The translations under genes were made by a program, and so were the position numbers. Positions 30,340 to 47,871 of a DNA stretch of 64,000 bases are shown here, piece after piece. The DNA comes from the human T2T-CHM13v2.0 reference genome, Homo sapiens: NCBI RefSeq assembly GCF_009914755.1, contig NC_060926.1; one strand, written 5' to 3'. The first letter of the stretch is position 1. Every line of letters starts with the position of its first letter. The notes below the pieces were generated by a model. It saw only the letters and a program-made list of their open reading frames with translations. It was not told the origin of the DNA and made no database searches.

Positions 30340-31201
30340 GTAACCAGCATTGATTTACCTCCTACTCGCAGTCATTTGGTGGCTGCAAAAATGTATTAAG
30401 CAAGCCTCTGCTCTCAAAAAATACTGTAATTTAGTGAAGGTTGGGAAGAAGGTAAATTTGTAGAAAACTATAAAGTAGAGTATCACAGTTGCTAGAGGGG
30501 ATGTACAAATAAAATGGTATTGGAATTATAGAGCAGAGAGAACGTATTTGCCAGTGTGTGTGCATGAGCATGTATTTGAGCATCCTATGCTTGGTTAGGG
30601 GTAGATCATAAAAGACTTCAAGGTAGATTTTGTATTGTGAACTGGATCTCGCAAAACGGTTGGAATTTTGACAAGTTAACGATGGTAGAGAGATTATTAC
30701 ACATAGATAGAACATCATCTGTAAAGGTGAGAAAAGAGCATATTTGGAGAGAGTAAATAGTTCAGTTGAGTGAGATGATTTTACTGAGTAAAATGGGTGA
30801 ACTGGGAAAGTAAGATTGAGGCCAGGAGGGTAGTATAAGATAAAGACAGTGAGGTCTCCAATGAAGCAAGAGGACAGAAGGCCTTCAGGGACTAGACTTT
30901 AATCTGAAGCCAGTGGACATCCAGTGAAGGTTTTCAGGAGGGGTATGGCATTATTTGAGCTCTGCATTAAACTAAACCTGTCAGCAGTGCATGGGAATGC
31001 AATTTGGAAAAAGGCATGAAAGAAAGTTAGAGTTCAAAGATACTGACTGAAAGTATCAGGAAAAATCCAAGCAGTAAGGAGAAAAGAGACAAGATTAGCA
31101 AAACAAGAGCTGGTCCCCAGTTAATAACAGCTGGAAACCAGTGGTAGAGAGAATATTAATATTGTTGTTACTGGCTCTCAATGTCCTCTTTCTCATTTTG
31201 A

Positions 31202-31408
<207 letters not shown>

Positions 31409-32635
31409 TAGTCATTTTATGAGTTCTAGTGAAATTAAAAGAACAATTTGTCATCAAAAATCTTGTTACTTTTAAAACCTTCTAACTAAAGGGTTGGACT
31501 AGGGATTTACATTTCCTTTCAATAATGTACTGCAGTTGTACTATAGGCAACTTTATGTGAACTGTTGTACATTTCAAAAAAATTTTTAAAACCATCTAGA
31601 ATTGTATAACTTCAAAATCAATTAGCTGAGTGAATTATAAGCTTTTTGTGCAGCTGACACATGATGGTGCTAGTTTAGCTGGTAAATAGAAATCCAGGAC
31701 ACACCTTGTTAGGATAAAGCTTGAATTGTGCCAACTCTTACATGACTTTTGTAAAAAGGGTTAGCCTGTGGGGTTGATTAAATTCCTACCACATTGACCA
31801 CCTTTGCTTAGTATATATTTTCTTCAGTGGCATGATTTTTCCATTTGAAAAATTGAGACAGCTGTTGCTGTATATGGTGCTGTGCGGTTGTTGAAATTGA
31901 TGACACCTTTATAAAGAGTGACAAGGAAAATTTAAAGTTTGTTCACTAATTTCCAATACATATGTATATTTTAAATAATACCTTAATAATAAAGCCATTG
32001 TGATCTCCTAGCTGCATCAGTATGATGGTGCACAGAATTATGACCTTTAACTACTTGGCTGGACAGGCATGAGGATTAGTGATATATAAACGTATTTGAA
32101 TTACGTAGATGAAGAGCACAATGAAATTAATATATTTATGTAACATTAATATTGATATATTTATGTAAAATTGACAAATTTCTGATGTTTTCAAAAGGTT
32201 TCCGTTCCTATATGTACTAGTGACTTCAACCATAATTGTGTTACAGCTCAGACTTGGACTTTTGACTTTTATGATGGGAACTTTAAGTTGAAGTTGTGAA
32301 TTAAAAATCTTGTTTAAGCTGATAATGTAGGATGCCTTGAATTTTATAGTGCATTGAGATGGAATGTGACTTTTTATGTTGGGAGGAGAGGTGGCATTTT
32401 ATTCATGGAGACTGTGACAAACATATATTGTTAAATCTTTTAGTAGAAAAATAGAGAAATTTTTTTTGAGACCAACGATTAGTAGCCACTGAAAAATATT
32501 TTTTTCCACTGGAGATTCTATATATGGATTTTAAGTTCATGTTTCTTTATTCATAGTTATAGGAGTATGCTTATTTCTTTTAGTAAATTGATATATGAAT
32601 TTTTAACTAAAAATAATATTGATGGATAGATATGC

Positions 32636-32926
32636 TTTTTTTTTTTTTTTTTTTTGAGACGGAGTCTTGCTCTGTCACCCTGGCTGGAGTGCAGTGCCAT
32701 GATCTCAGCTCACTGCAACCTCTGCCTTCCGGGTTCAAGCAATTCTCCCCCTCAGCCCCCCAAGTAGCCCCCAGGTAGCTGGGATTATAAGCACATGCCA
32801 CCACGCCCAGCTAATTTTTGCATTTTTAGTAGAGATGGGGTTTTGCCATGTTGGCAAAGTTGGTCTTAAACTCCTGACCTCAGGTGATCCACCTGCCTCG
32901 GCCTCCCAAAGTGCTGGGATTACAGG
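32636..32926 (-). mobile_element. AluSx-like, slightly 5'-truncated
   Basis: Antisense Alu ending at ...gggattacagg; TSD tagatatgc on both sides. Confidence 0.92.
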
Positions 32927-33823
32927 TAGATATGCATTTTTTAAATGCACTGTATCTTCTAGCTTACTCATTCCCTAGTTAGCTTTGTATATAAATCTTA
33001 GTTTTTTTCAAATTACTTAGTAATTGTCAATCTTAATAGCCCTAGTGAGGCTAATTGGTATCAACAGATGGGGAAATAGGGAAGCTGAAATGCAGAAATA
33101 TGTAACTTGACCAAGATGATCCAGTGAAATGACTCCCAAGCTAGAATTCCCATCATAATTTAGAATGGGTGCCAGAATCAATGGAGCAATTGATAAAATT
33201 CCTCCATGTACCAGATAAGTGGACACATAGCGAGAAACAAGAACTTAGTTTTTCATGAATTGCATCAGTAAAATAAATGAAAAGGAGGCACTCCTATACT
33301 CTAGTTCATATGAAAGTTCTGCACAAAGGTGTTTCCAAGCAGAATGTTTTTCAAAGCTTTTAAGAGGTGTCAACAACAGTTTAATGCCTCAGAAACTGGC
33401 TTACAGACAGCCATTTCTGGCAAGGTGGCTTGTTGCAAGTTCAAATGATCAGAACAAGAAGAGGAATGTTTCCAAAGCCTATCAAAGAGAAAAAAATGTG
33501 TTTGAACTCTGTCTGGAGAGACCAATGCCCAGTGGACTTTGAAATCATTCCAATAGGAATATGCATGGGCCAGATTAGAAACACTGGTCCAGACTGGTCT
33601 CAGGCGCCCTATTTACAGAATTAATTTGTGATTATTTAACCTAAAGTTTTGGCCAAGAGCTCAAGAAATTCTTGGAATGGAGTTTTAAAGCCATCTTTCA
33701 AGTCGGATGCTTGGACCCAAGAGATTTTTTACATGTCTACTGTAGCCTAAGTGAACTCTGTGAGAGATGATTTGCTAATATATTTATCCTCTCTTATTCA
33801 TTTTCTACTTTTCCCTCACATAA

Positions 33824-33937
<114 letters not shown>

Positions 33938-34945
33938 TAATAATCCATGGAAGCTTTCATTAAATCTACTTTGAAATCTATGGTTTTATGATTTGAATAC
34001 AGTAAAATAAAGGGAATAAAAACATCTGCTATCAGAGTAAGACTCAAAGAGCTTATGAATTTTGAATTTAAAAAATATTTTACTTCTATTTTGAATAGGG
34101 TCTAAATTCTTATTTATATTTTAACATGGGAATATAATACATGTGTTACTAATTCATTTTCACATGAGAACATCTTCCAGGTATTTATCTAGACATCCAA
34201 GTAAATATCTTCTGTGTCTTACTTTTTATTTAAAGGTTCTCGGGTCTCTCTGTAACAACACCTCATTCCCTGCCTTGCTGCCATGAAATTAGATCATTTG
34301 ATTTTTACTAGTAATATGGAGAATGACAGCATTATAAAGATCATAGACCTAAACATTGTGGAATCTGCAGATACATGCAAAATTTTAGGACTACTTTTAA
34401 CCTCCTGGGGATTATCTAAAAACTATAATGGAATCGGCCACTGGATGTCCCTCTTCACTTGTGTTGGGGCTGTGTCAGCTGAAGGTTTCTTTAGGATTGT
34501 GAAATGTGTTTCTTGTAAAGAGCTGTCAGATTCTAGAAAGTTCTCTCCATGTCAGTGTCAGGACATTTTATGAATCACCTAGCCCTTGACAGACTTACTA
34601 GATACAAACTTCAGATTCTCATCAGTGCATATCCGAGTGGCAATATCAGACTGTGAGCCATCATTGTTTCCTCTTGGTATTAAGGAAAACCTAAAAGGAT
34701 AAAATACTTAATTGCAACAAAGTACGTGATGTTTTATATGGTTGCCTGGTTACAAGCAAGATCTGTGATGAGAAGCCAAGTGAGACAAGAAGGCAGGCAG
34801 TCAGGAATAAATGGCTGTCCTGTTTGTATTTGGACTCTTAGAAAGGGGACTCTTTGCCTCTTTGTTGCTTCTTTTAATTTAAGGGCAAAAAAAACCTTAC
34901 TTTTAAATGAAGGCACTATGTACGTTTCATCTCCAGTCGGTTTAA

Positions 34946-35345
<400 letters not shown>

Positions 35346-36035
35346 CATGCTGTTTTCTTTAGCATGGCAAATTTGTTTTCAGTGCTTATGTTCATTCTGC
35401 ATCCATACATATGTTATGGGAGTTATTGAAATATAAAAATAAGAAAGAATGAGAAATTCAGCTCCCCTTTGTTATATCTGTTTCTCAAGTATAAAGAGAA
35501 TTTTTCTTCCATTATTTGAAAGAGTCGTTAATTCCAAGTGTCATACAGTATAATATTACGAGGTCTGTTTTATTACTGACATCAGAATTCTAGCTTAGTA
35601 AAATCTTAATTATGCTTCAAAGAGACATTTTCAGTGTCCAAATGGCTTGTTGTAGGATTAAATAAACATTCAGCTACTGATATAAGTAAGGGGCATTTTA
35701 TGTTCCTAGTGGTAAAGTGGGGATATTAGTCCTAATCTTTAATGGCACATTTAACTACTTTCTATGGTTCTGTAGAAAATTTTTAAAACCTCGTCTGTGT
35801 TGTTGCATCTGCACTATGATGGGATTACCCAATTCTTTTCAATAGAATTTGAGACTCATTAACTTAGGTTGACCTTATTTAAGTTAGTTGCCCAGTACTT
35901 GACTGAGTAAAATGTTCACTGTGGAGAGAAAAGCAGCAACCACATGTACTGGTGACCAGCTGAAGGTTATAGTCATAAGAACTTTTCTTGCACAGAAATT
36001 GTAATTTGCTTAAGAAATGAATTTAGCCATCAGTG

Positions 36036-38082
<2,047 letters not shown>

Positions 38083-38805
38083 CTAATGGTGGTTCTGTAC
38101 CTGTGCCAAATGATGATATACATGGCAGAATTGACTCCTATCAGGTTCAAATATACCACTTGTTCTATAATTATGTTGGCTATTTGACTTGTAGTTATAT
38201 TGTAGCACAATTACCGTAAACCTAAATGGAACTTCTGTATACTCTAACATTACTATATATGTTAGTTTGTTTGGAATTGTTTTTTCCCCATATGGCTGTG
38301 GTATTCAGGACTAGTAGCAGGATATTTTGTTTCACTTTATGAAAATGATGTTTTTAAAAAACAGGTTCCTTTGAGGTTTTCATGGAGTTATTAAATTTCT
38401 CAGAAGGCTGTCTCATAAGCTCTATGAAATGGCTCCAAACCAATTCAGCAGTTACGCATTTCTGCTACTGACCGGTAAATTCATGCACGGCTGCATAGTA
38501 TATATGACACATACTGTTATTTAAACAGTAAGTCATATTAACATTCGGAAACTTACCACATTATGGACCAGAAGCTGTGATTTGTATCCAAATAACTCTC
38601 AGTAGAATCCAGTTATGTTGCTCCATTGAGTGTTGTTGGATAGAAAAAGAATTGCTTATTCATTCATTATGCTTAATTAAAAACATAAGATACATCTGCC
38701 CTGGCCAGCCTTTTAATCCCTGGATTCAGATTGCACAGGCTTTGGGCAACATTAATAAAATCTACAGAAGGAGTCTATGAGTAAAGTACTTTCCATTTGT
38801 GCGTG

Positions 38806-38807
<2 letters not shown>

Positions 38808-38836
<29 letters not shown>
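38808..38836. repeat. (TG)14 microsatellite
   Basis: Pure TG run about 80 nt upstream of exon 34. Confidence 0.95.
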
Positions 38837-38838
<2 letters not shown>

Positions 38839-38859
38839 TTTAATTTTAATTTTTGGTAG

Positions 38860-39096
<237 letters not shown>

Positions 39097-42000
39097 TAGA
39101 GGAAGGGAGATTTGTTTTACGTTTCCGTTTATGGCAACTTCCAGGAAGAAGGGACATTTGTTCTCTATTTGCTTCCTGATTTTGCCTTCTGTTGTATCAG
39201 CCCGTGCAAAAATAAAATACAGACAGAAAGAAAATGTTTCTAGTGAAGGGATATTTGTTCTAAATGGGATGCAGGGTACTTTAAAAAATGAATCTCTTAT
39301 TCTTTGGTTTTGTCTTTTCTATATGTTTTACTCTTAGCTCTCCATCCTTAGTTCCTGAACATAGGCATTATATGAGGTTGGATCTCACTTCCTCTGTTTC
39401 TCTTGATATTTCTCTGTCTCTTGATTTTCCCCCTTGCCAATTCATCCATGTCTATAGTACCTACTCTTCTATCTATAGCTACCACCTGTAAATTTACATC
39501 CTCAGCCATCCCATATTTCCAACAATCTGCTGGATACCTCCACTTGAATATCTCAAATCCAACGTTTCTCAAACTGAAGTCATATCTGTTCTCTCCTGAC
39601 CATCTCCCCTTCCTTCCTTTCATTCATTCAGTCCTTCACATTTCAATCACTTCTAAATGCCAAGGATTCAAAGTTGAATACATTGATGTTATTTGATTAA
39701 ATTTCTCAACTTAACACTCCAGATTGAAAGTTTTTGAAGGGTAGTGACTTAATGGGCCTAATACAGTCAGTTTATTTCATAGTATACTGTAGAAGTTCTT
39801 GAAATATTATTCATTGGTAAGCCTTCTAGGTCAAAGTAGGGTGAAATGAATATCTTTATGCAATAAAAAATGCACTGTCAATTTATTGATGTAAGTTAAA
39901 TATAAATCTTAGGGCAAAATGATAGGAAACTTCTATTACTATTTGGAATGCTTTTTATTACTATTCAGAACTACTTTTATTACTATTACTAATTGCAAGA
40001 GTGTACAAACTGTCCTGTTTATAAATTTCCTGAAAAAATACTAGAGGCTTCCCAACTGGTCATTCATTTTTATTTGAGATTAGTAATTCTTGGGTCCTAT
40101 GAAAAACAACAAATGGTCTTATATAATATCCCTGCTGTGCTTTTAATAAGCTCAAACTCTGCATGGCTACATAAAAATCAATAAAAATATAATTAGAACA
40201 GTACCAGGTATTCTCAAGCCAGTGGGTGATTATTTTAGATTCCATCTCATTAGGGTGTCTTAATATTAGCAAATTAGACTCTGGAGACTTTACAGGTAGT
40301 GGCTTTGGAGAAGTTTCTGCAAAGAGTAACTTGGGATTTTGCTTTATAAAGGTACCAGAAGGACGACGGTGAATAGTTAGAGCAGAGGCTAACAAGATGA
40401 CTTGCAATTGTGAAGCTTAATGGCAGTTTAGAGACAAATCACACCATATGATAGACTCATCATGTTATAAATGGGTATTAAGTATTATTAAGTCCCAAGT
40501 AGGAGAATATTTGCCCAACTTCCAGTTATGGCTTAAAGTTTAATGTGAGACTTGGGGGCATTCAGAGGAGACCATGCCCTTAGTCCACATCTTCACATCT
40601 AATCATAATAGTGCTAACATTTTAAAATGCCACTTTAAGAAGGCAGTGATGTATAAAATTGTGCCTTGTTTGGTTCTAGTGCTGCAGGGAAATGTGAAGC
40701 AAAAATTAATTTGATCCCTATGAAGTATTTGCGTAATTTTGGCATTAGTGGACAGAATTTTGCTTTGTAGGGGAAAAAAGGGTTTGTTAGAAAAAATAAT
40801 GTTTTCTTAAAGTAGTGAGAGCTGGCTATTGAAAATCTACCTTTCAATACTTTCCTTTTAAAAGAAATAAATGTTCTAGCAGCTACATGAGTTGTTGCGA
40901 AGAACTTTCTGCACATGAGAGCATACGGACACAGATTTAAAAATATATTAAAAAGTACTTAAAGGAACTTAATAAAATTATACTTAAGAAAATATTTACA
41001 GCCATGGCAAAATTGATCAGCTAATGCATAGTTTCTTCATTACTATATGTAGGATTTTCATTCATGGTGTTTTTAAAAATGCTTAGTCTGATAAACTGAA
41101 AAAGCGTGACAGAATATACTAAATGGAGAGTTAATAGCTATAAAACTTACTTGACTACTTCTTAGTTAGTATGGGGCCAAATCTAATCTCAACTTTTTAC
41201 CACAGCTTCATAGCAATTGCAGATTAAAGTAATTAGGGTTCCATATTTTAGGATACATTGTACTTTTAAAAAACATTTTATTTAACGTGATCCTACTTGG
41301 TCAGAAGAACTCATATAAACACTTTTGGATATATTAAGTTAGAACTGAAAAATAGCACAAAAAAGACTGCTAATATATAAATGGGGGTTAGGGATAGTAA
41401 ATCCAATGGAAGGCATCTAGTTGAAGGTGAGTTATTATGAAGTTCCAAGAGAACTTGTTATATGGCAGTCTTTCTAACTTTTAAATTTCTTCTCTCTTTC
41501 CCACCCTACTCCTTTACACATACAGACTCTCTGTTTCTGGTCTTCCAAAGTTAAATCCAATAGGTCAAAGTATCTGGGAAGTTTGAAATATTCATAACAT
41601 CAATCTTATAACTAGGACTTAGGATAAAAGAATCAAGATGTAGATTTTGTCAAAGGATTCTTCTCAATCTATTACATTCCCTGTGTCTCTACCAAGGCAT
41701 TTCTAACATAAGAAAGGCATAACACAGGTTTATATGGCAACAAAAATCATCTTTGATTTTCCTGTAATATTTCTAGCCACCTTTCATCGCATTAGGATTT
41801 ATTTTTAGTTGCTGTGAGTAGGCAATCTGCCTTGTTTTGAAGTTTTCTGGAAGACCCTTTAACATTAAATGATTTACTCTAGAGTAGATCAAGAGCACTC
41901 ACTGTGTTTTCCTCTCTGATTGGGCTATTCAGTGATGCCTGTGGAGTGGCAAGTACCAATCTGACATCTGCGCTTCAGCATCGCTCAGAAACACAAAGCA

Positions 42001-42741
42001 AGCATTTTATTTGAAAAGACAACTCCAAGTGACATGAATAACCTTTTATCTTTAATATGGAATCATTAGGAACAACCATAGAGTTGTCAATCCAGAGGTC
42101 CCCGTAGAATCCACAGGCATCACATAGTATTAACTTGGCTTTCTTTTCTGTAGCCAGGAGTTGGATAAATGTGAAAATGATCATTGGAGGAAATATATAT
42201 ATTTTTCACTTTTAAAGGACTGTCTTCTTTATAAACATTTCCAAGAAAATAAATCAGCTTGTACTTTTCACCTTTCATAACAAATGGTTTCTTACACAGG
42301 TATTTTCAATCAGCTTTTAAATCTGAGGCTACTCAGATGCAAGCTGACAGCTGTAATTTCTTTTTGTAGAGAGGCTGTTTTATGTGTCACAAGTGTTCAA
42401 TACATGTTTGATAGAAGTTTATAATGTGCCTATGGAAGCCAACACCCAGACCAGAAGGTAGAGTGGTTTCCTGGCTGGGAACTGTCGATACTGTCATGTT
42501 GGATATTTATCTTTTCCACCTGGGGGACAACACTGAAACAGCTCCATAATGAGGTTCTGCCTGGTGTCTGCAGGTCTTAGAGGACTTGCTGACTTATTTT
42601 ACTTTAAAATGGCAAAGAAAAAAATTACATTCTAGTACTCCTCCCTTAATGTTTTTCGTGGTGATTTTAGCCAAGGTTAATGCAATCTTGACTTCATATT
42701 ACACAATGAGTGAACGATAGTCTTCCTATCCCCTATTCCCC

Positions 42742-42926
42742 CCTTTCTCAAGCTTAAGTATGCATCAAAATCACCTGGAGGGTTTGTAAAACAACAAATT
42801 GCTAGGATCCACTCCCAGAGTTCCTGATTCAATAGATCTGGGGTGGGGTTCAAATTTTCATATTTTTAATAAATTCCCAGGTAATGCTGATGCTGCTCTG
42901 CCAGGGACCACAGTTTGAGAACCACT
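42742..42926. mobile_element. MER5A hAT-Charlie MITE
   Basis: ttctcaagctt...gcatcaaaatcacctggaggg...gctgatgctgct...ggaccacagtttgagaaccact. Confidence 0.82.
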
Positions 42927-44409
42927 CTACTTGAGCGATGGTACTTTAGAAACCTGGTTAAAAGTTATGTTAGCACTTATTATTGTCAAACATATTATCA
43001 GGGAATTTTTGCTAGGGGAAAGTATAAAAGATTGAGGAAAGTTGAGTGCATGATTAATGTATCAATTAGCAAGTGTTGGAGATCATTATGCTGAGCCTTC
43101 TAATGTGATTTGGTACTTACTGAAGTCTATTCTGTGTTTAGCAGAGGGTCACAATGTAATGTTCCATATTAGGGGTATTTAACAACATTTGGAAGTTCAT
43201 TTTGGACATTTCATATATATTTGTTATATACCAAGGAATCTTAAAACATGAAAAAAAATTTATATGCCATCAAATTTAGCCCTTTGCCTTTTCTGAGGAG
43301 AATGAAACTTGAATTGTCTTATTCTTCTGTCTAACCAATTGTCCTGATGTCACTAAGAGTTATTCTCTAATTTTTTACTTGTTTTTTTCTTTTACGTCTA
43401 ACCATGAGCTTCTTGCATCTAAGCTCATTTCTTTCTGTTTGGTCCTAAGTGGAAATGAAAAGCTACTTTCCTGGGCATGGTTAAAATTCATGTTCTATAA
43501 GGCAGTCATGAATAACCACTGAGCCTGCCTCAGCTGAAATTCATCCAGTTACATTTATCTATTCTATTTACCAATAGTTTCCTCTTATAAAACTGCAGTT
43601 CTGGGATTGAGGGGGCCAGAATCTGAAAGAATTTTATATTTGAACATAGTCTTTGGGGTCTTTTCTTAGGATTTAGATCTGTGCTCAGAAATACTCTGCA
43701 AGTAAATATTAGGGGGTGTTATGGGCTAAACATTATCAAAATTGTGCAAGGATCACATGTGTTTTATTGTCACAGTTCCTAGTTTCTGACTCTGAAATAA
43801 GATCATTTGATTTTTTCCAGCCATCACTAATATGGTTTATAAACAGGTTACAAGACATTTGCTGAAGTAACTAGCTCATGTCATCTGTTTAAAACCTTTT
43901 TACAAGGGAAACCAACAAGAATGTTCCTATTTAAAGAAGAATGGATATGTTTTTAACAGTGTGTGATTTTAAATACGCCAGCTCAGTTACTCAGACACTC
44001 ATGTTAATGAAGTCAAGGTCAGGGTTTGATCTTTGGGTAGGTCACCTAGTGTTGTTTTCTTTCATTCTGACCACTATCTTGCAAACACTAGCTCTTGATC
44101 ACAGGAAGTATGTTCAGAAATAGGGAACTCCTGATGGCAATGGTCAGGAATCCAGGGAAGGTAGGGGCTGGACACTAGACAGGTCCACCTGGGGTCCTAG
44201 GAAAGACACAGCAATGGACTGCAGGAAAATATCTGAACAGTGAGATGGAGCATTAGGGAAGCCTGTGTGGAAATGAAATGCGTATAAATGAGGGGGCAGT
44301 CAGTTTGGGTTGTAAGTGTAATCGTGGGTAGAGGAACCCATGCTTGGAAACTAGGATGTAAGGGCAGGAATCTAGTTTTTAGGGGGGCTGAAAAAACAAT
44401 TATTGTAAT

Positions 44410-44795
44410 TATAATAATATTTATTAAGAACTATTAATAGGCAAGTAACTGTGCTAAATTATAGTAGTAACACTTAAGTAGTGCTTACTTCTAAATTAGT
44501 TTATTGAACACTCATACTAATGTAAGAACTGTTACTATTCCTGTTCAACAGATGAGGAAACTGCATCTTAGAGTTGTTAAGTAAGATATTCAAGGTAACA
44601 CAGTTTAATAAGGTGTGGAGCCTCAAAAAAAAAAGTTGAAATACTACTATTGTCATCACTGTTTTTGAGTGAAGAAATGAAGGCAAAGACATTAACTTTT
44701 TGAAGCTCATACCACTAGTGAATGGTGAAAGCCAGGATTTGAAATGCAGCTAACTGACTTTAGAGCTCATTCTTTAGCTACAACTTTTTATTGCC
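44410..44795 (-). mobile_element. MIR fragments
   Basis: acagatgaggaaactg...caaggtaacacag; agccaggatttgaaatgcag. Confidence 0.6.
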
Positions 44796-44923
44796 TCAGA
44801 GTAAATGAAAAAAGAGTTCCAAAGATTGAGTTATTGCAGGGACTAGTGCATAAGCTACTAGGAAAATGGCCTAGTTATTGAAGAGCAGTACAAAATTAGA
44901 ACTTAGAAATAAGAGCAAGTTGA

Positions 44924-45229
44924 GCCTGGGTGCAGTGGCTCATGCCTGTAATCCCAGCACTTTGGGAGGCCGAGGTGGGTGGATCACCTGAGGTCGGGAG
45001 TTTGAGACCAGCCTGACCAACATGGAGAAACCCTGTCTCTACTAAAAATACAAAATTAGCTGGGCATGGTGGTGGATGCCTGTAATCCCAGCTACTCGGG
45101 AGGCTGAGGCAGGAGAATCGCTTGAACCCAGAAGGCATTGCAGTGAGCCAAGATCGTGCCATTGCACTCCAGCCTGGGCAACAAGAGCAAAAAACCCCAT
45201 CTCAAAAAAAAAAACCAAAAAAAAAAAAA
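44924..45229 (+). mobile_element. AluSp, full length
   Basis: gaggtcgggag...ctgaccaacatggagaaaccc; TSD agaaataagagca(a/g)gttga. Confidence 0.94.
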
Positions 45230-45633
45230 AGAAATAAGAGCAGGTTGAATAGGCAAAACAGCTAGCCTGACTCGGTACTGGCTCCTAACCCGCATATCTT
45301 TTAAGTCCTCCCTGACCAGGAAAAGGATCCTTGTAGAACCGAAGTGGATCTGAACTTACAAAGACCAAGTGGATTAAATAGAGAATAAAAGGAGATAAGA
45401 ACAAGGTGAAAAGCAGGGATCAAGATTATGTGGATGGAATTTCATTGACATTGGGATATAGCTAAAACTCACACTCACCATAGAAGGATAAAAGGATAAA
45501 ACTTGTCATTTTTTAATATAAAGCATCCGGCAACATGTAACATTGTCTTTTAAGATGTTGTAAGGAAATACCATATTGCATAAATGAAGAGCATGTATAT
45601 CTAGAAAGTGAATTTTGTGAAATTCCTTTTCAG

Positions 45634-45693
45634 CAATCATTCCGGCCAAGATTCCTTGGTGTGGCTGAACAATTACACAATGAAGGTTTCAAG
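45634..45693 (+). CDS. CPS1: CPS1 exon 35 (60 nt), [20 protein letters not shown]
   Basis: ttttcag| acceptor, AAG|gtatgt donor. Confidence 0.97.
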
Positions 45694-46453
45694 GTATGTT
45701 CATTAGTTTTAAGTTGTTTTCTGTCAGCATGGAATCTGTCCACAAATCAAAATATTGCAGAATATTGGAAAAGAAATAGCCCAAAATATGTCCTTTTGAT
45801 ATGAAAGGTTTAACTAACTTGGTAGTTTCAAAACTTAGAGTCAAATCATTAAAAAGACTGGTATTAACTTTTAACAAAATTACCACAAATTCAATAGAAG
45901 TTGCCAGCTAAAAACTGAGAAAGTTTAGCTTAAGCACAATTGAGACAAAGTCCCAACACATTTCCATATGTTTTTCCTTTTTTTGTTTTCATATGAGGTT
46001 ATAGATTCTAGCTGTGACAGTTACAGGCAAAACTTCTTTGCAGTGAATACCTCCACACAAAGCCTGGTTGAGTAAAACAAAATTATTCCCAAGGCTTATG
46101 ATGGGCCTGTGGCCATGGGGATTTTTTGACCTGCTAACAAGGAATTAGCCATGAATAATTGAGAAATTATTAAATTTATGAGAAATTGTCATTGAATTAT
46201 TAAATTCAAATTAAACATATAATTATTAAAATGGAAATGCAAATAAAATTGAGGTTCTTAAGTTTTTTAAATCACTGCAAATATATAAAAAATGTTTAAA
46301 GTGCCCATGCCTCTGGACTGTGAGTCCAAGTCTCTATCCATGGCACTATACTACTTCTCATGTTCAGCAATTTCTTCTTCTTTATGTTTTAAATTACATG
46401 TTCCATAAAAATAAGAAATCACTGTGATACGGTAATTGATTTTTTCATTTTAA

Positions 46454-46573
<120 letters not shown>

Positions 46574-47718
46574 TAAGAACTAGGCATACTGTTTTCTGAA
46601 ATAATTTAGAGGATTAACTTTGAGAACCAGTATATGAATATTTCACCTTACTTGATTGCAAGTCTTTTAAAACAAATTTAAAAATGAATACATTTGTGGA
46701 TGATTGTCAAGTTTCACTCTCCATCACTATGGAATACATAACGTCATGTGTACATGGTGATATGAAACGTGTTTCAAAATACTTCTTAGTAAGGATACTT
46801 TCCTTGACGGAAACAAGTGAGAGCATGAAGAATGTAATGCAGCACTTTATATTTCATGTCAAACTTATATTGTGTATAGATAAGTACATCGAGTATAAGA
46901 TGACCAGCTATATTTCACTAAGGTTGTGCATAATAAATCAATTTGTTGAGCACTTACTACATACAGGAACCTATGTTGAGTACTATGATGATGTCATCCA
47001 TTGGATTACCTAATTGGTCATTCCTTGACCAGGTTTTCATGCCTTAGACCATGTCATCATTAGATTTTGTACGACATTTTATTTCAGCAGATTGTGTGAA
47101 TCTTCAGGAATACCATTGCATCAACCCTTAAAGATCTATGTGGCATAAGTACATAGGAGATAATTCTCTGCTGTTTTAAGATAGTGCAGCCTACAGAATG
47201 GCTGTGCCATTCTATGCAATATGTTATTTGTTAGCGTTCTTGAGAAACCAACACATAAATTATTATCACTTTAATAAAATAATGGCATTGTGTTCAAACC
47301 TTAGCAGGCCTCCAAGGATGTAATAGCTCCGTGTTTGGGGCATTGTAAAACAATAATTAGCACTACTAAGGAGGCAATAGAGTTAATGTGGGAGTGGGAA
47401 CATGGGGGTGAAAGGGCATTCAATGGTGGAGGGATCACCTCTTTTTAAAAAATAAGTATCTATCAAATTACCAATTCTTAATGAGTGAACAGATAGCATT
47501 TTAAAGAGAAAACAAACATCTGCATTCCATTAGACTTGCACTAGAATTCCTTCAAGAACACAATATAATCCCTATATAAGTGTAATTTAAACATCTACTT
47601 AGCAATAGAGGAGGGCAGATGGCAGTCAACTCAGCATGGCATTGACTTGAATGGCTAAGAGAGCAATTTATGTTAGTATTTTATAAACTAACTATAAAAT
47701 ATGCCTTGTTGTCTATAA

Positions 47719-47871
<153 letters not shown>

